Shown: piece after piece, positions 17,370 to 28,400 of the stretch
Layout of the letters: each line of letters opens with the position of its first letter
Numbering within the stretch: position 1 is the stretch's first letter
DNA from: an uncultured bacterium
Lineage (GTDB): Bacteria > Acidobacteriota > HRBIN11 > JAKEFK01
Direction: 5' to 3'
Length of the DNA: 64,000 bases
Assembly: GCA_963777505.1 (NCBI GenBank)
Contig: CAVZQN010000003.1
Location: forward strand, 256,001-320,000
Made by a program: the position numbers and the translations under genes
The notes under the pieces: generated by a model
Told to the model about the DNA's origin: nothing
Databases searched by the model: none
Seen by the model: only the letters and a program-made list of their open reading frames with translations

Positions 17370-20315
17370 TTAGAAACTGTACCGGATGCCTAAACGAACA
17401 GCACGCGGTGAAATATTCTCTTCGATCTTATTAAACGTGGAAGCGTTTACTCTTCGTTGGCGGCGGATAATCGTATTTTCGTTTGTTACGTTAAACATAT
17501 TCGCTGAAAGAGCCAGCCTGCCGTACGATCCAAGTTCGATCCCTTTTTCAAATTGAAGATCGAGCGTAAAGATGTTATCGAAACGGCGACTTCCAAAAGG
17601 TTCAACAGCAAACAGGTGGAAACTGGTTCCGAGTGCCGAGCTCATGCTTCCGTCGCTTACTCTAGCGAACAGCACATATGGATAACCTTGTTGATACCTT
17701 GCGAAAGCTCCTGCGCTGATATCCCAGGGGAATTGATAAACTCCGCTGAGCTTCAGCTGCCATTCTGAATATGGATAAACTCCAGACTTTCCGCTCCCTC
17801 CTGGTGCAAATGCATAAGGCTGGTCATCAAGGAAAGGCAAGTTTGTTGGATCAAACGGAAAAACTTGACCCGTGAGTCCGCCATCACCAATGTAGAAAGC
17901 AAGCGAGTCGCCGCCATCATAATTAGCTTTTTGCCTTTGCAAAGTTAGACCTGCATTGACCATGAAGTTGTTACTCATGCGTTTCCGCGCATTGATATCA
18001 AAACCGTCGTAACTTGTCTTGTAGTCATTTGCATTTGTAGCAATGAGTGATCCGTCGTGTGTGAAAGGAAGTGTAAAGTACGGAACATTGAACACACCTA
18101 CTGGAGTATCCGCTGTGAAAACACCTGCAGGAACAAAATCAGTTTCATCGATTCCAAACGGTACGATTGTGGTTGCATCTCTATAGTCGCGATGCGTATA
18201 TGTCACGCCGACTGCAAGATCTGTCGTAAGCTGACGTTCAAAACCGACCAGGTATTCCCACGAGTTGGAATTTTTCAAATCGGAATCGTAGATACGCGAA
18301 TCAAAATTGTATCCACCCTGTGTCCATCCTCCGTAAAAACTCTTAACTCCTGTTACTTCCTCCGGACTGATTACGCGATCTCCATTTGCATTTTCGAAAA
18401 AGAGTTGCGCGCCGTTGTAAGTAAACGTAGGATTCGAATGCGTTAAAAACGCAGAATTGTAAGTGTCATAGTAACGTGCGAGATTCCCACGTACGATAGT
18501 CTTTCCATCACCAGTCAGGTCATAAGTAATACCTAACCGCGGCGAAAAATCATTGAAATCTACGCCAGGATCATTTCCTGCGAACTGAATCGGACCAACA
18601 AATTCTTCAAATCCAGGAACAGCAGGAATGTTGGCCGCTTCATTGTTTCCAGTTTGCCTGTCAAAACGGAAACCAAGATTCAGAGTTAAACGGTCTTTGC
18701 GATAAGTATCCGTTACGTAAAAACTGGTTCTGTCGATGTTCATAGTTCCATCAACAAAATGTTGAGCGTACAGATAACCTGACGTCAATGGTCCGTTTGG
18801 AGTCGTTTGATAGTAATCAACAATCAGCACTCCGTTTCCGTAGCTGCTGAATGTTGAAATCTTGCTTGTTTTGTATTCAAAGCCAAACTTGAATTCGTGA
18901 TCGCCGCCTAAAACATCTTCTTTGTAATAGTTGGCATCAACAACGAAATCGTGAGAACCGCGATCAATCGGTGAAGCGTAGAACGATGTTTGTTCCCAAT
19001 GTGGAATTGAAGCAAGATAGATTATTGGAACGTCTTTTCCACCTGCTGGAATCAGATCAAACACATTACCGACATAACCATAACGGCCAGTGACAATCGT
19101 GTGATCATTTGGAATCCATGTATGCTGGCCTGTCCATATTCCTGGCAGGATGCTTCCTTCTGACAATTGGGTCCACAACGATTCAGGCGCCATAATCGCA
19201 GCATCAAAAGCGGCGCGACCGCTCTTTTCTTTCTTTCCATTGAAATATCCGAACTGCGATTCATGCGCAGGATTCCAATTCATGTTTGTTTTAAAGTTGA
19301 TGTCTTCTAATTCTGTTCGATCAATCAAATCGGTTATTGTGAACAGACTGATTTCATACTTACGATACGCACCCCAAACAAAGAGCTTGTCTTTAACGAT
19401 CGGGCCACCGATGTCAAAACCGTAATCGGTTACTTCATCCAATCGATTCGATCCCTTTATCGGTTCACCTGTATTTGGATTGAGGTTTGGATTATCGATC
19501 AATTCCTGGGGAGTATTTGTTCCTTGCAAACTATCGTTTACGAAATAGTAGGAACCACTTCCTTCCCATCTGTTTCCACCGCGTTTAGTAACGATGTTTA
19601 CAGCAACACCACCCGTTGGAATTGAAGCATCACTTCCTGCTGTAACGATGTTCAGTTCTTCGAATGCGTCAAAATCAAAGTAGGTAGGAGATGCACCAAG
19701 AGACTGTGGATCGGTTACGTTCACGCCATCGTAATTCCAGATGGTGTTGTCATCGCTTCCGCCACGAGCGATAAAGGATGCTTGCTGGCCTGATTCGGAA
19801 CCCGCAACATTGTAGCGATCCGTATCGACTCCTGTTGTCTGATCGATGATGACCCATGGATCACGTGCATTGGGTACATCTTCCAGATAGTCTCTGTTGA
19901 ATGTTTCATCCAACCCTGTTTTCTTTCTGTCAACAACAGGGCTTTCACCGATGACGGTGAATTCTTCAGTGAGTGAAGGTCTCAATGTGATTTCCAATTG
20001 AACTTGAGAACCCGTACTCACTCGAATCTCTTCCTGGCGAATTTCTGCAAATCCTTCAATTGCGAAATTTACGGAATAAACACCGGGAGGTAGATTAGCA
20101 AAACGAAAACCTCCGGAAGGTCCGGAAGTCGCTGTCTGTGCTGGAATCTGATCTGATTCCAACGTGACGATGACTCCTGGCAGCGGTGCGCCTTTCTCAT
20201 CATTTACCTTTCCATAAATGGAGCCCGTCTTTGTCGCAACTTGCGCATAAACGGAAGATGTAAATGTAATGATCAGAAAAACCATTGCCATTAGTAGGAA
20301 CCATTTAGTTTTCAT
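17370..20315 (-). CDS. TonB-dependent receptor, Oar-like, with an N-terminal carboxypeptidase-regulatory-like domain
   Basis: Signal peptide, GSIYGKVND..GAPLPGV, plug GGVAVNIVTKRGGN, SPRLGITYD, C-terminal RLGIRYSF. GGAG RBS. Confidence 0.93.
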   Translation of the reverse strand: MKTKWFLLMAMVFLIITFTSSVYAQVATKTGSIYGKVNDEKGAPLPGVIVTLESDQIPAQTATSGPSGGFRFANLPPGVYSVNFAIEGFAEIRQEEIRVSTGSQVQLEITLRPSLTEEFTVIGESPVVDRKKTGLDETFNRDYLEDVPNARDPWVIIDQTTGVDTDRYNVAGSESGQQASFIARGGSDDNTIWNYDGVNVTDPQSLGASPTYFDFDAFEELNIVTAGSDASIPTGGVAVNIVTKRGGNRWEGSGSYYFVNDSLQGTNTPQELIDNPNLNPNTGEPIKGSNRLDEVTDYGFDIGGPIVKDKLFVWGAYRKYEISLFTITDLIDRTELEDINFKTNMNWNPAHESQFGYFNGKKEKSGRAAFDAAIMAPESLWTQLSEGSILPGIWTGQHTWIPNDHTIVTGRYGYVGNVFDLIPAGGKDVPIIYLASIPHWEQTSFYASPIDRGSHDFVVDANYYKEDVLGGDHEFKFGFEYKTSKISTFSSYGNGVLIVDYYQTTPNGPLTSGYLYAQHFVDGTMNIDRTSFYVTDTYRKDRLTLNLGFRFDRQTGNNEAANIPAVPGFEEFVGPIQFAGNDPGVDFNDFSPRLGITYDLTGDGKTIVRGNLARYYDTYNSAFLTHSNPTFTYNGAQLFFENANGDRVISPEEVTGVKSFYGGWTQGGYNFDSRIYDSDLKNSNSWEYLVGFERQLTTDLAVGVTYTHRDYRDATTIVPFGIDETDFVPAGVFTADTPVGVFNVPYFTLPFTHDGSLIATNANDYKTSYDGFDINARKRMSNNFMVNAGLTLQRQKANYDGGDSLAFYIGDGGLTGQVFPFDPTNLPFLDDQPYAFAPGGSGKSGVYPYSEWQLKLSGVYQFPWDISAGAFARYQQGYPYVLFARVSDGSMSSALGTSFHLFAVEPFGSRRFDNIFTLDLQFEKGIELGSYGRLALSANMFNVTNENTIIRRQRRVNASTFNKIEENISPRAVRLGIRYSF

Positions 20316-20355
20316 AGCTTCTCCATGGTTAGATTTGGTTTCCAACCCGGAACTT

Positions 20356-20371
20356 AGCAACCGCTATGCCA
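20356..20371 (-). promoter_or_regulatory. Sigma-54 (-24/-12) promoter of the TonB-dependent receptor
   Basis: Minus strand TGGCATAGCGGTTGCT (GG-N10-GC), 40 bp upstream of the ATG. Confidence 0.7.
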
Positions 20372-20584
20372 TGTTCTAAAAGTTTCTAAAAAGTGTGTAG
20401 AAGCAATGATTTACGGCAAAGTAAGGTCGATTTACTTCAATTCTGAAATCAATATTTGGTCCCTGGTATGAAATGCGGTGTTTGTCTAAAGATACAGTTC
20501 ATTCCAAAAAACAGGCCCTTTATTTGGAAAACATTCACTTTTGATACCGGAACGTAATTTTGGATTGGAACCACAAAGACTCAA

Positions 20585-20628
20585 GCGGCCTTCGGCCGCA
20601 ATTTCAGATTTCGGATTTCAGATTTCTG
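20585..20628. repeat. GC hairpin followed by 4x heptamer ATTTCNG
   Basis: GCGGCC-TTC-GGCCGC, then atttcag atttcgg atttcag atttctg. Confidence 0.6.
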
Positions 20629-20760
20629 ATTGAAATTGAATGATTCGTGATTGAATTGACCTCTTACTCAAAACTTTGCTGGCATGAAAGAAAAGATGCG
20701 GAAAAAGTCGAAGTTACAAAAGACACGGAGCTTCAACAGGAAATCTTCGAGGCTTTACGG

Positions 20761-21558
20761 TTAGAATGTGGAGACTTGTTGAACGGGACTCGAAAAAGAA
20801 TTTCCTGTTAGTTTTCGTAAAGTTTGTTTTCGACTCAACACTAACCTTGTACCATCCTGAAGGATGACCTGGTAGTTGCGGCCATGATTCCATGGTTGCA
20901 CCCATCGAACACGATCGGAGTTAATAATGGTGCAACGATGAATTCGTACAAACTTTCCGGGATCCAACTCTGCTTCGAGCGCTGAAATTGACATTTTAAG
21001 AAGCAATGCTTCGCCTGCCATGTGCAGCCGAACGTATTTTCCTTCTGCTTCTGCCCAATCAAGCTCTTCGGCTTTTACAAAGAAAACGCAGCGGCCTGTT
21101 TTGATCGCAAGCTGACGATGTTGTGTTTTTGAATTTTCAGTTTGAATGCCCCGGTTCCGTTTCAAACATCTCTTTGCGCGTTCTAATGCGCGAACGAAAC
21201 GTTGTTCGACAACGGGTTTGAGCAAATAGTCAACGGCAGAAACATCAAATGCACGAGCGGCATATTGATCACGTCCGCTAATGAAAATTGTGACCGGCTG
21301 ATTCCCCTGTGGAAGTGAATCCAATAAAGCAAAACCATGCATGCCTGGTAGCTCTACTTCTGATATAAGCACATCCGGTCTGAGATCGCGTAATGCTGCA
21401 ACTGCTTCGATTCCGTGACTGCATTCTTCAACTGTTTCAATAGAATCATCTTTTGACAATAATGCAATTAAGTTTTGACGTGATAATATATCGGGGTCAA
21501 CGATTAATACTTTCAGCGAAAGGCGGTCAATCCGCGAGTCATTCCCTTCGTAAAACAT
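20761..21558 (-). CDS. LytTR-family response regulator with an atypical receiver (phospho-Asp replaced by Glu)
   Basis: IVDPD, LISEVELP, DYLLKP and FVRIHRCTIIN motifs. GAGGTG RBS before MFYEG. Confidence 0.88.
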   Translation of the reverse strand: MFYEGNDSRIDRLSLKVLIVDPDILSRQNLIALLSKDDSIETVEECSHGIEAVAALRDLRPDVLISEVELPGMHGFALLDSLPQGNQPVTIFISGRDQYAARAFDVSAVDYLLKPVVEQRFVRALERAKRCLKRNRGIQTENSKTQHRQLAIKTGRCVFFVKAEELDWAEAEGKYVRLHMAGEALLLKMSISALEAELDPGKFVRIHRCTIINSDRVRWVQPWNHGRNYQVILQDGTRLVLSRKQTLRKLTGNSFSSPVQQVSTF

Positions 21559-21803
21559 ATTCACCTCATGATTCAACACTAGGCTTATCCTCCTCAATCC
21601 GCAATCAATATGGTACAAAAGGTCCCCTTGAAGGAATAAAGGCCTAATGGCCTGGAACGTGCGGGCTTTGTAGCGAATTTTTAGCTTTGCTGGAAATTTG
21701 GACGATTTTTCAGTGGCGTTGTTCCTGAAGAATCCCTCTCATGTCAAATTTATTGTTTCGCTTGTTGGCAGATTGATAGGATTCGGGGAAAGGAGAAGTA
21801 GAG

Positions 21804-22703
21804 ATGAGACAACTCACATGGTTTGCTTTTTTCATGATCTTTTTTGTCGCTAATTTTTCATTCGCAGAAGATCCCAATGTTGAAGCAGAGCGTTATTTAA
21901 ATGCGAATGACTGGCCGAACGTTGTTACGGCGTATGGTGCGCTTGCAAAAAAAGATCCTTCGAATGCCCAGGCATGGTACAGGCTTGGAAGAGGCTACCA
22001 TGAATTAGGAAAATACAGCGAAGCTTTAAAGGCTTACGATGAAGCTGAAAAAAAAGGCTTCCATCAGATGTCAGTTTATATAAGGAAGTCAAAAACATTT
22101 TCGATGATGGGGAATTCAAAAGAAGCGATGGACATTTTTAAGCAAGCGGTAGATCAAGGTTTCAATGATCCTTCCGCAATGTCAGATGATAAGGAATTTG
22201 CCAGCCTCAAACAGGACTCACGGTACGATTCCATTTTGGCTCAAGTGAAACGGAACGAAAAGCCTTGCGGATTTGATCCTGAATTCCGGCAATTTGATTT
22301 TTGGATCGGTGATTGGGAAGTTTTTATGGGTGGGAATCTTGTTGGAAAAAGCCGAATTGAATTGATTCTGAAAGATTGTGTGATCGTTGAAAATTATGAA
22401 AGCACTTTTTATGGTTATACCGGCAAAAGTTACAATGTTTACAACCCAGGATTAAAAAAGTGGCAACAATTCTGGGTTGATAGTTCAGCAGGTCCAACCT
22501 TATATACAGGTCAACTGATCAATGGTGAAATGCGATTTGAGGCCGAAAAGTACAATGCAGATGGCACGAAGGCTTTAACAAAAATGACATTCTATAATTT
22601 AGGTCCAGATAAAGTCCGTCAGTATATTCAACAATCCACTGATTCGGGAAAATCCTGGACTAACGGTTTTGATGGTGAATACAGGCGAATCAATAAAAAA
22701 TGA
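21804..22703 (+). CDS. Exported TPR protein with a C-terminal DUF1579-like beta domain
   Basis: Signal peptide, TPR helices (AWYRLGRGYHELGKYSEA), QFDFWIGDWEV...WQQFWVD...STDSGKSW. Confidence 0.75.
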   Translation: MRQLTWFAFFMIFFVANFSFAEDPNVEAERYLNANDWPNVVTAYGALAKKDPSNAQAWYRLGRGYHELGKYSEALKAYDEAEKKGFHQMSVYIRKSKTFSMMGNSKEAMDIFKQAVDQGFNDPSAMSDDKEFASLKQDSRYDSILAQVKRNEKPCGFDPEFRQFDFWIGDWEVFMGGNLVGKSRIELILKDCVIVENYESTFYGYTGKSYNVYNPGLKKWQQFWVDSSAGPTLYTGQLINGEMRFEAEKYNADGTKALTKMTFYNLGPDKVRQYIQQSTDSGKSWTNGFDGEYRRINKK

Positions 22704-24133
22704 AAAATAAAAAGTCAAAAATCCAATTGTTGTTTTTGTTTTTTATTTCGGTTTCTGCGTTAGCACAGAATCCTGAATCGTTTCCAAAAGGGAAGCTCAT
22801 TGAGAAAGTACCGTGCCTGGCGGCACCAGAATTTTCGTATGTGCTTTATCTGCCTTCCGCTTATACCGATCAGAAAAAATGGCCGGTTCTCTTTTGTTTT
22901 GATCCCCGAGCGAATGGAATGGTTCCAGCCGAGCTATTTCAACCCGCTGCAGAAAAATATGGATACATTATTTTGTCTTCAAATAATTCAGGCAGCGATG
23001 ATGCATCGATTCCAAATGCTCAGGCAATGAAAGAAATGTACGATGATGCTGCCTCGCGCTACTCAGTTGATGATAATCGTTTCTATGCAACGGGTATGTC
23101 CGGTGGCGCGCGGATTGCATGTGATATGGGTTACCGGTACGCAAACCAAATAGCGGGTGTTATAGGCTGTGCTGCTGGTTTTCCTACAGACAAGATGCCG
23201 TCAAAGGATACTCCTTTTGCTTACTATGCAACGATCGGCAATCTTGATTTTAATTACCTCGAACTTCGTTCATTGCGGCCCAAACTTGAAGAAGCAGGCA
23301 TTCCATTTCATATTCGCGTGTTTGATGGTGAGCATCAATGGCCTACTTCCGAAGTTGCAACCGAAGCGTTGGAATGGATGGAAGTTCGCGCAATGAGAGA
23401 TGGAAAGCGCGAAAAGGATTCTGTATTGATTGAAGCATTATTTAATAAACGATTAAAAGAGGTGGAATCACTTACTGCAAAATCGGTTCTTCATGAGGCC
23501 GCCTATGAGTATAAGAATTTGGTCAATGACTTTGAGACGTTGCGTGATATTTCCAAAGTGAAAGCGGAATTCACGAAATTAGATACATCGGAAGAAGTTC
23601 AGCGTTTGCGTGAAGAAGAAAAGCAGCGTGATCTGGAGATTCAAAACTTTCGGCAGAAACTGGCAAGCGTTAATCAATCGATTCAAAATAGCGCAAAAAC
23701 AATTCCGAGCGTAGAAAAAGTAATGGCATTTCTAGAAATTGAATCGCTGAAGAAACAGGCAAAGGAAGCTCCTTCCAAAGAAGAACGGCTTCATGCACAA
23801 CGCCTGTTGGAACTTGTGAGCGTACAGCATGGCTTTTATATGTCGCGGAATTTCATGGAGTACGGAGATTATCCACGCGCCGAACTAACCCTTGCCGTTG
23901 TTACGCAGATCCATCCAGAGGAGCCATGGATTTGGTATAAGTTGGCTCGCGCCCAGGCTCAAATGGGACAAAAGGAAAAGGCACTTGAGTCATTGAACAA
24001 AGCAGTTCAGCAAGGTTTCGATGACCCGGAAAGATTCGGAAGCGATTATGATCTAAAATCCTTGCATGAAGATAAACAATTTAAGAAGCTCTTAGAGCAA
24101 ACAAAAAAGAATCAACAGAAATCGAAACCATAA
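22700..24133 (+). CDS. Exported alpha/beta-hydrolase with C-terminal TPR
   Basis: YVLYLP, GMSGG nucleophile elbow, FDGEHQWP, then TPR helices. ATGA overlap. Confidence 0.8.
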   Translation: MKNKKSKIQLLFLFFISVSALAQNPESFPKGKLIEKVPCLAAPEFSYVLYLPSAYTDQKKWPVLFCFDPRANGMVPAELFQPAAEKYGYIILSSNNSGSDDASIPNAQAMKEMYDDAASRYSVDDNRFYATGMSGGARIACDMGYRYANQIAGVIGCAAGFPTDKMPSKDTPFAYYATIGNLDFNYLELRSLRPKLEEAGIPFHIRVFDGEHQWPTSEVATEALEWMEVRAMRDGKREKDSVLIEALFNKRLKEVESLTAKSVLHEAAYEYKNLVNDFETLRDISKVKAEFTKLDTSEEVQRLREEEKQRDLEIQNFRQKLASVNQSIQNSAKTIPSVEKVMAFLEIESLKKQAKEAPSKEERLHAQRLLELVSVQHGFYMSRNFMEYGDYPRAELTLAVVTQIHPEEPWIWYKLARAQAQMGQKEKALESLNKAVQQGFDDPERFGSDYDLKSLHEDKQFKKLLEQTKKNQQKSKP

Positions 24134-24197
24134 TTTTCTATTCCTGCTTTCTGTCACATCCTTTCTTTTTACCTCTATCCTGCAATATCCTTAATGT

Positions 24198-25103
24198 GTG
24201 GGAATCCTAAACACCAGAATCAAGTTGAAATGTTTTTTCAAGCTTTGGCTTTTATTCATGTTTGCCATCCTTTCTTTATCAACATCAGGAATGGCACAGA
24301 CTGAATATCTTCGTCATCCTGCCGGATTGGAATTCAAGTATCCCGATGAATGGACGGTTAATGAAGCAACATTTGCAGATTTAGAACTGGTTCCACCTGA
24401 TCAAAATGTAAGTTCAAGTGGTCCGACTGAAGCTTACTTCGTTTGGGGGCTTGGTCTGGACCCATCCAAATCGCAGGAAGAGCAAATCGCAATTCAATTA
24501 AAAGACCTAATGGAAGGAATTGCATCTTTCTTAAAACAAGCAGGAGACCCTGAAGCATTTTTAGGAAAGCGAGTTCAAGGGTTTGTCTATACCTATGAAG
24601 GAAAGCGGCCTGACGGATATGAAGTACGGAGTCGTATTTTTGTGCTTCCTGAAAAAGATCTTGCTTTTGCGCTTGTCGCTTTAGGCCTACGGGAAAACAT
24701 TGTAAAACGTGAGGCATCTATTAGTGAAGTGTTCGGTTCGTTCCTATTAAAAAATGTAATAGTGGATTCTAAATTGACCGGCCTCTGGATCACTCCTGAA
24801 AATAGTTTTACGCCTACACAAACGCAAACAGGATCCTCATCGGAACGTAATGAAATGCAACTTGAGCCCGATGGTTCGTTTATTACGCTCATGCAATCAC
24901 CCAAAACCGAAGGATTGGTGAATACACTTAATTCAGGACGTTGGTATTCCAAAGGTAATAAACTTTATTTTGTTTCAGCCGGCAATGTTGGATTAATGTT
25001 TCGATATGAAATTAATGGAGAGCCCGGCTTAAGAAAATTGACTTTGATTCATTCAAATGGCGATAAGCAGGAATTTCACGAATTTCAATCGGAACCCGAA
25101 TAG
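24198..25103 (+). CDS. Hypothetical exported protein
   Basis: Long ORF with a signal-like N-terminus. Start uncertain. Confidence 0.65.
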   Translation: MGILNTRIKLKCFFKLWLLFMFAILSLSTSGMAQTEYLRHPAGLEFKYPDEWTVNEATFADLELVPPDQNVSSSGPTEAYFVWGLGLDPSKSQEEQIAIQLKDLMEGIASFLKQAGDPEAFLGKRVQGFVYTYEGKRPDGYEVRSRIFVLPEKDLAFALVALGLRENIVKREASISEVFGSFLLKNVIVDSKLTGLWITPENSFTPTQTQTGSSSERNEMQLEPDGSFITLMQSPKTEGLVNTLNSGRWYSKGNKLYFVSAGNVGLMFRYEINGEPGLRKLTLIHSNGDKQEFHEFQSEPE

Positions 25104-25454
25104 ATAAAACTCTACCTTTATATTTATTTCTCACATCTACGATCCCCTTGCTTAACTCCTTTTTGTAGCCCGAAATTTGACTTTGTCCGTCGTTTATTTA
25201 GCCCCAGAAGTGCCAATTTTTTGTGCTTCGTTGTAGCAAAATTCGGCTCTTTTTCGAGCATCTTGTCACATTAATGAAACCAGAGCGTTCAAAATGAAAA
25301 AAATGAGTCACACGAATGTGACAGATTGGCATTTTTATCGTCGACAAAGAAAATACTGTTTTTCAATTAGTGAAATAAAGACGGTCTGGCGATCATTTTG
25401 CTTCTCGAGAAGCAGAATCACACAAAAACAGAGACCCCTGGAGGATTCGGCAGT

Positions 25455-28400
25455 ATGGAATTGCGAAGGGAAGGGAAGCCATTTAGATGGCTCTTCTGTC
25501 TTATCTTACTGTTTCTCGCAGGCACTCTGCACGCTCAACAATGGGTTGATAATTTCACTGCCGTCCGCACCTTTTGGGTTTCGCCCAGCGGAAGTGGTTC
25601 GGGTACTGAAAGCAATCCGATGAGTATTACAACAGCAATGAATCAGGCTCTTCCTGGTGATCTCTACTGGTTAACAGCCGGAACATATAACGGTCAGAAG
25701 ACTCTTACTCGTAATGGAACATCTTCTAACCCAATAGTATGGAGAGGCGTTGCCGGCGGAGGAGCAATTATTAATGGAAGTATCTATGTCTCCGCAGCAT
25801 ATAACTGGATCTGGGGTCTGGAAGTTAAGGATCCTAATAATTCTGGAACCACAGAAGGGATTGCGCTTGTTCAAGCAGGCGGACACATTATCAATTGTAT
25901 CGTTCATGACATAAAAGGTCGTGTTGGAATTGCAGCTTGGACGGCCGGTCCTGACCAAGTTGTTTACGGAAATATCGTTTACAAACAAATTTCCAATTCA
26001 AACAATCCGCACAATATTTACACTCAAAACGATTTTGCAGCGCATGGTTACAAATACATTGTGAATAACATGATGCTCGATTCATGGGATGCCAGCGGAG
26101 GCGCATATAACTTTCATGCGTACACCGAAGGCGGAAAAATAAGCGGATTTCATATAGAGAAAAATATTATTAGAAGGGGACGATTTTTAATCGGTGGAAT
26201 TAATCTTCCTGCCGATAATGAAATTGTAAAAGGAAATTATTTTTGGAATGGTCCAATTAATTTCGGATATAACAGACCCTCGCAAGTTCAGTTTCAAAAC
26301 AACTATGTAGGACGGTCAGATCTCTGGACTTACTATTTCTGGGGGAAAGGCGAGACTCAATATCCTCAGACCGCAGCAAGTATTTTTACAGGGAATGAAT
26401 TCCATAAGCCCCCCTCGAATCATTTTGATTTTCGCACCTCAGCATTTATGCCGGGACAATGCAACGGATGTCCTGAAATAAGAACTGGTGATAGTTGGAA
26501 CAACAATACATATTCATCACCATTTAAGGCCTCTTTCCATGCGGACAATAATAATCAAGGAGACGTCACATATTCGGAATGGCAAACCTTTACCGCCAGT
26601 GCGGGTAATGCATTTGATACAAGTTCTACCGTAACTTCATCGACCCCGGATCGAATTGCAGTTATCCCAAACGAATATGAACCCGGACGCGGACATGTCG
26701 CAATCTTCAACTGGAGTTTGAGTTCCACAGTAACTGTGGATCTTTCATCAGTACTTTCCAACGGAGCAAATTTTCAAGTTTTAGACCCACGGAACATGGG
26801 CTCACCCGTTTTAACTGGGACGTATTCAGGACCTGTAAACATTTCAACAGGTGGTCAGGAATTTCTGGCTTTACTTGTTGTTACTACTTCTGGGGGACCT
26901 CCACCGGATACAATTCCGCCGGATACAACAATTACAAGTTCACTCTGTGGAACAACGGTAACCACCGCTTCGGTAACAGTCAATTGGACTGGTTCTGATA
27001 ACGTAACGCCTACTGGCAATCTTGTATATGCCTATTCACTGGATGGAGGAGCCTATTCATCATATGGATCGGCGACTTCAAATATATTTAATAATCTGAC
27101 CAATGCATCGCATACAGTTTCAGTAAAAGCGAAAGATGTGGCAGGGAATGTTGATCCGACTCCGGCTCAATGTACTTTTACGGTGAGTGTTGCAGATACA
27201 ACTCCGCCGGAAACTACAATCACAAGTTCACTCTGTGGAACAACGGTGACTACATCTTCGGTGACAATCAATTGGACCGGCTCAGATAACGTAACGCCTG
27301 TCGGCAATCTTGTATATGCCTATGCACTGGATGGAGGAGCCTATTCATCATATGGATCGGCAACTTCAAATGCATTTACTAATCTGACCAATGCATCACA
27401 CACAGTTACAGTAAGAGCAAAAGATCAGGCAGGGAACGTTGATCCGACTCCGGCTCAATGCACTTTTACGGTGAATGTTGCAGATACGACTCCACCCAAT
27501 ACAACAATTACAAGTTCGTTCTGTGGAACAACGGTAACCACCGCTTCGGTGACAGTCAATTGGACTGGCTCTGATAACGTAACGCCAACTGGTAATCTTG
27601 TATATGCGTACTCACTGGATGGAGGAGCATACTCATCTTACGTTTCTGCAACTTCAAATACATTCAATAACCTGAGCAATGCATCCCATACAGTTTCAGT
27701 AAAAGCGAAAGATGTTGCAGGGAATGTCGATCCGACTCCGGCTCAATGCACTTTTACGGTGAATGTTGCAGATACGACTCCACCCAATACAACAATTACA
27801 AGTTCGTTCTGTGGAACAACGGTAACCACCGCTTCGGTGACAGTCAATTGGACTGGCTCTGATAACGTAACGCCAACTGGTAATCTTGTATATGCGTACT
27901 CACTGGATGGAGGAGCGTACTCATCTTACGTTTCTGCAACTTCAAATACATTCAATAACCTGAGCAATGCATCCCATACAGTTTCAGTAAAAGCGAAAGA
28001 TGTTGCGGGGAATGTTGATCCGACTCCGGCTCAATGTTCTTTTACAGTGAATGTTGCGGATACGACAGCACCCACAATTTCCAATATTCAAGCAACAGGT
28101 ATTGGTATTACGAATGCAACCATACTTTGGGATACGAATGAAGCTTCAGATACTCAGGTTGAATATGGGACTTCAACATGCCCATGTTCACAAAATTCGC
28201 CATTAAATGCGAATTTAACAACTGCACATTCTGTAGTTCTTTCGAATCTTACAGCAAGCACACTGTACCACTACCGTGTGAAATCGCGTGATGCAGCTGG
28301 AAACCTAGCATTCGGTATCGATAAAACGTTTACTACGGGCACAAATCCTCCGCCTCCACCTCCACCAACTGGATCGTCAACTTGCCAGGAAGCGGAAGCG

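Noticed and set aside
25307-25322. GTCACA-cgaa-TGTGAC palindrome as a CRP site
   Set aside because: Half-sites are in the reverse orientation with the wrong spacing, and it occurs once.
26907-28058. Long direct repeats as a CRISPR array or mobile element
   Set aside because: They are in-frame coding repeats with no spacers, and there are no cas or transposase genes.
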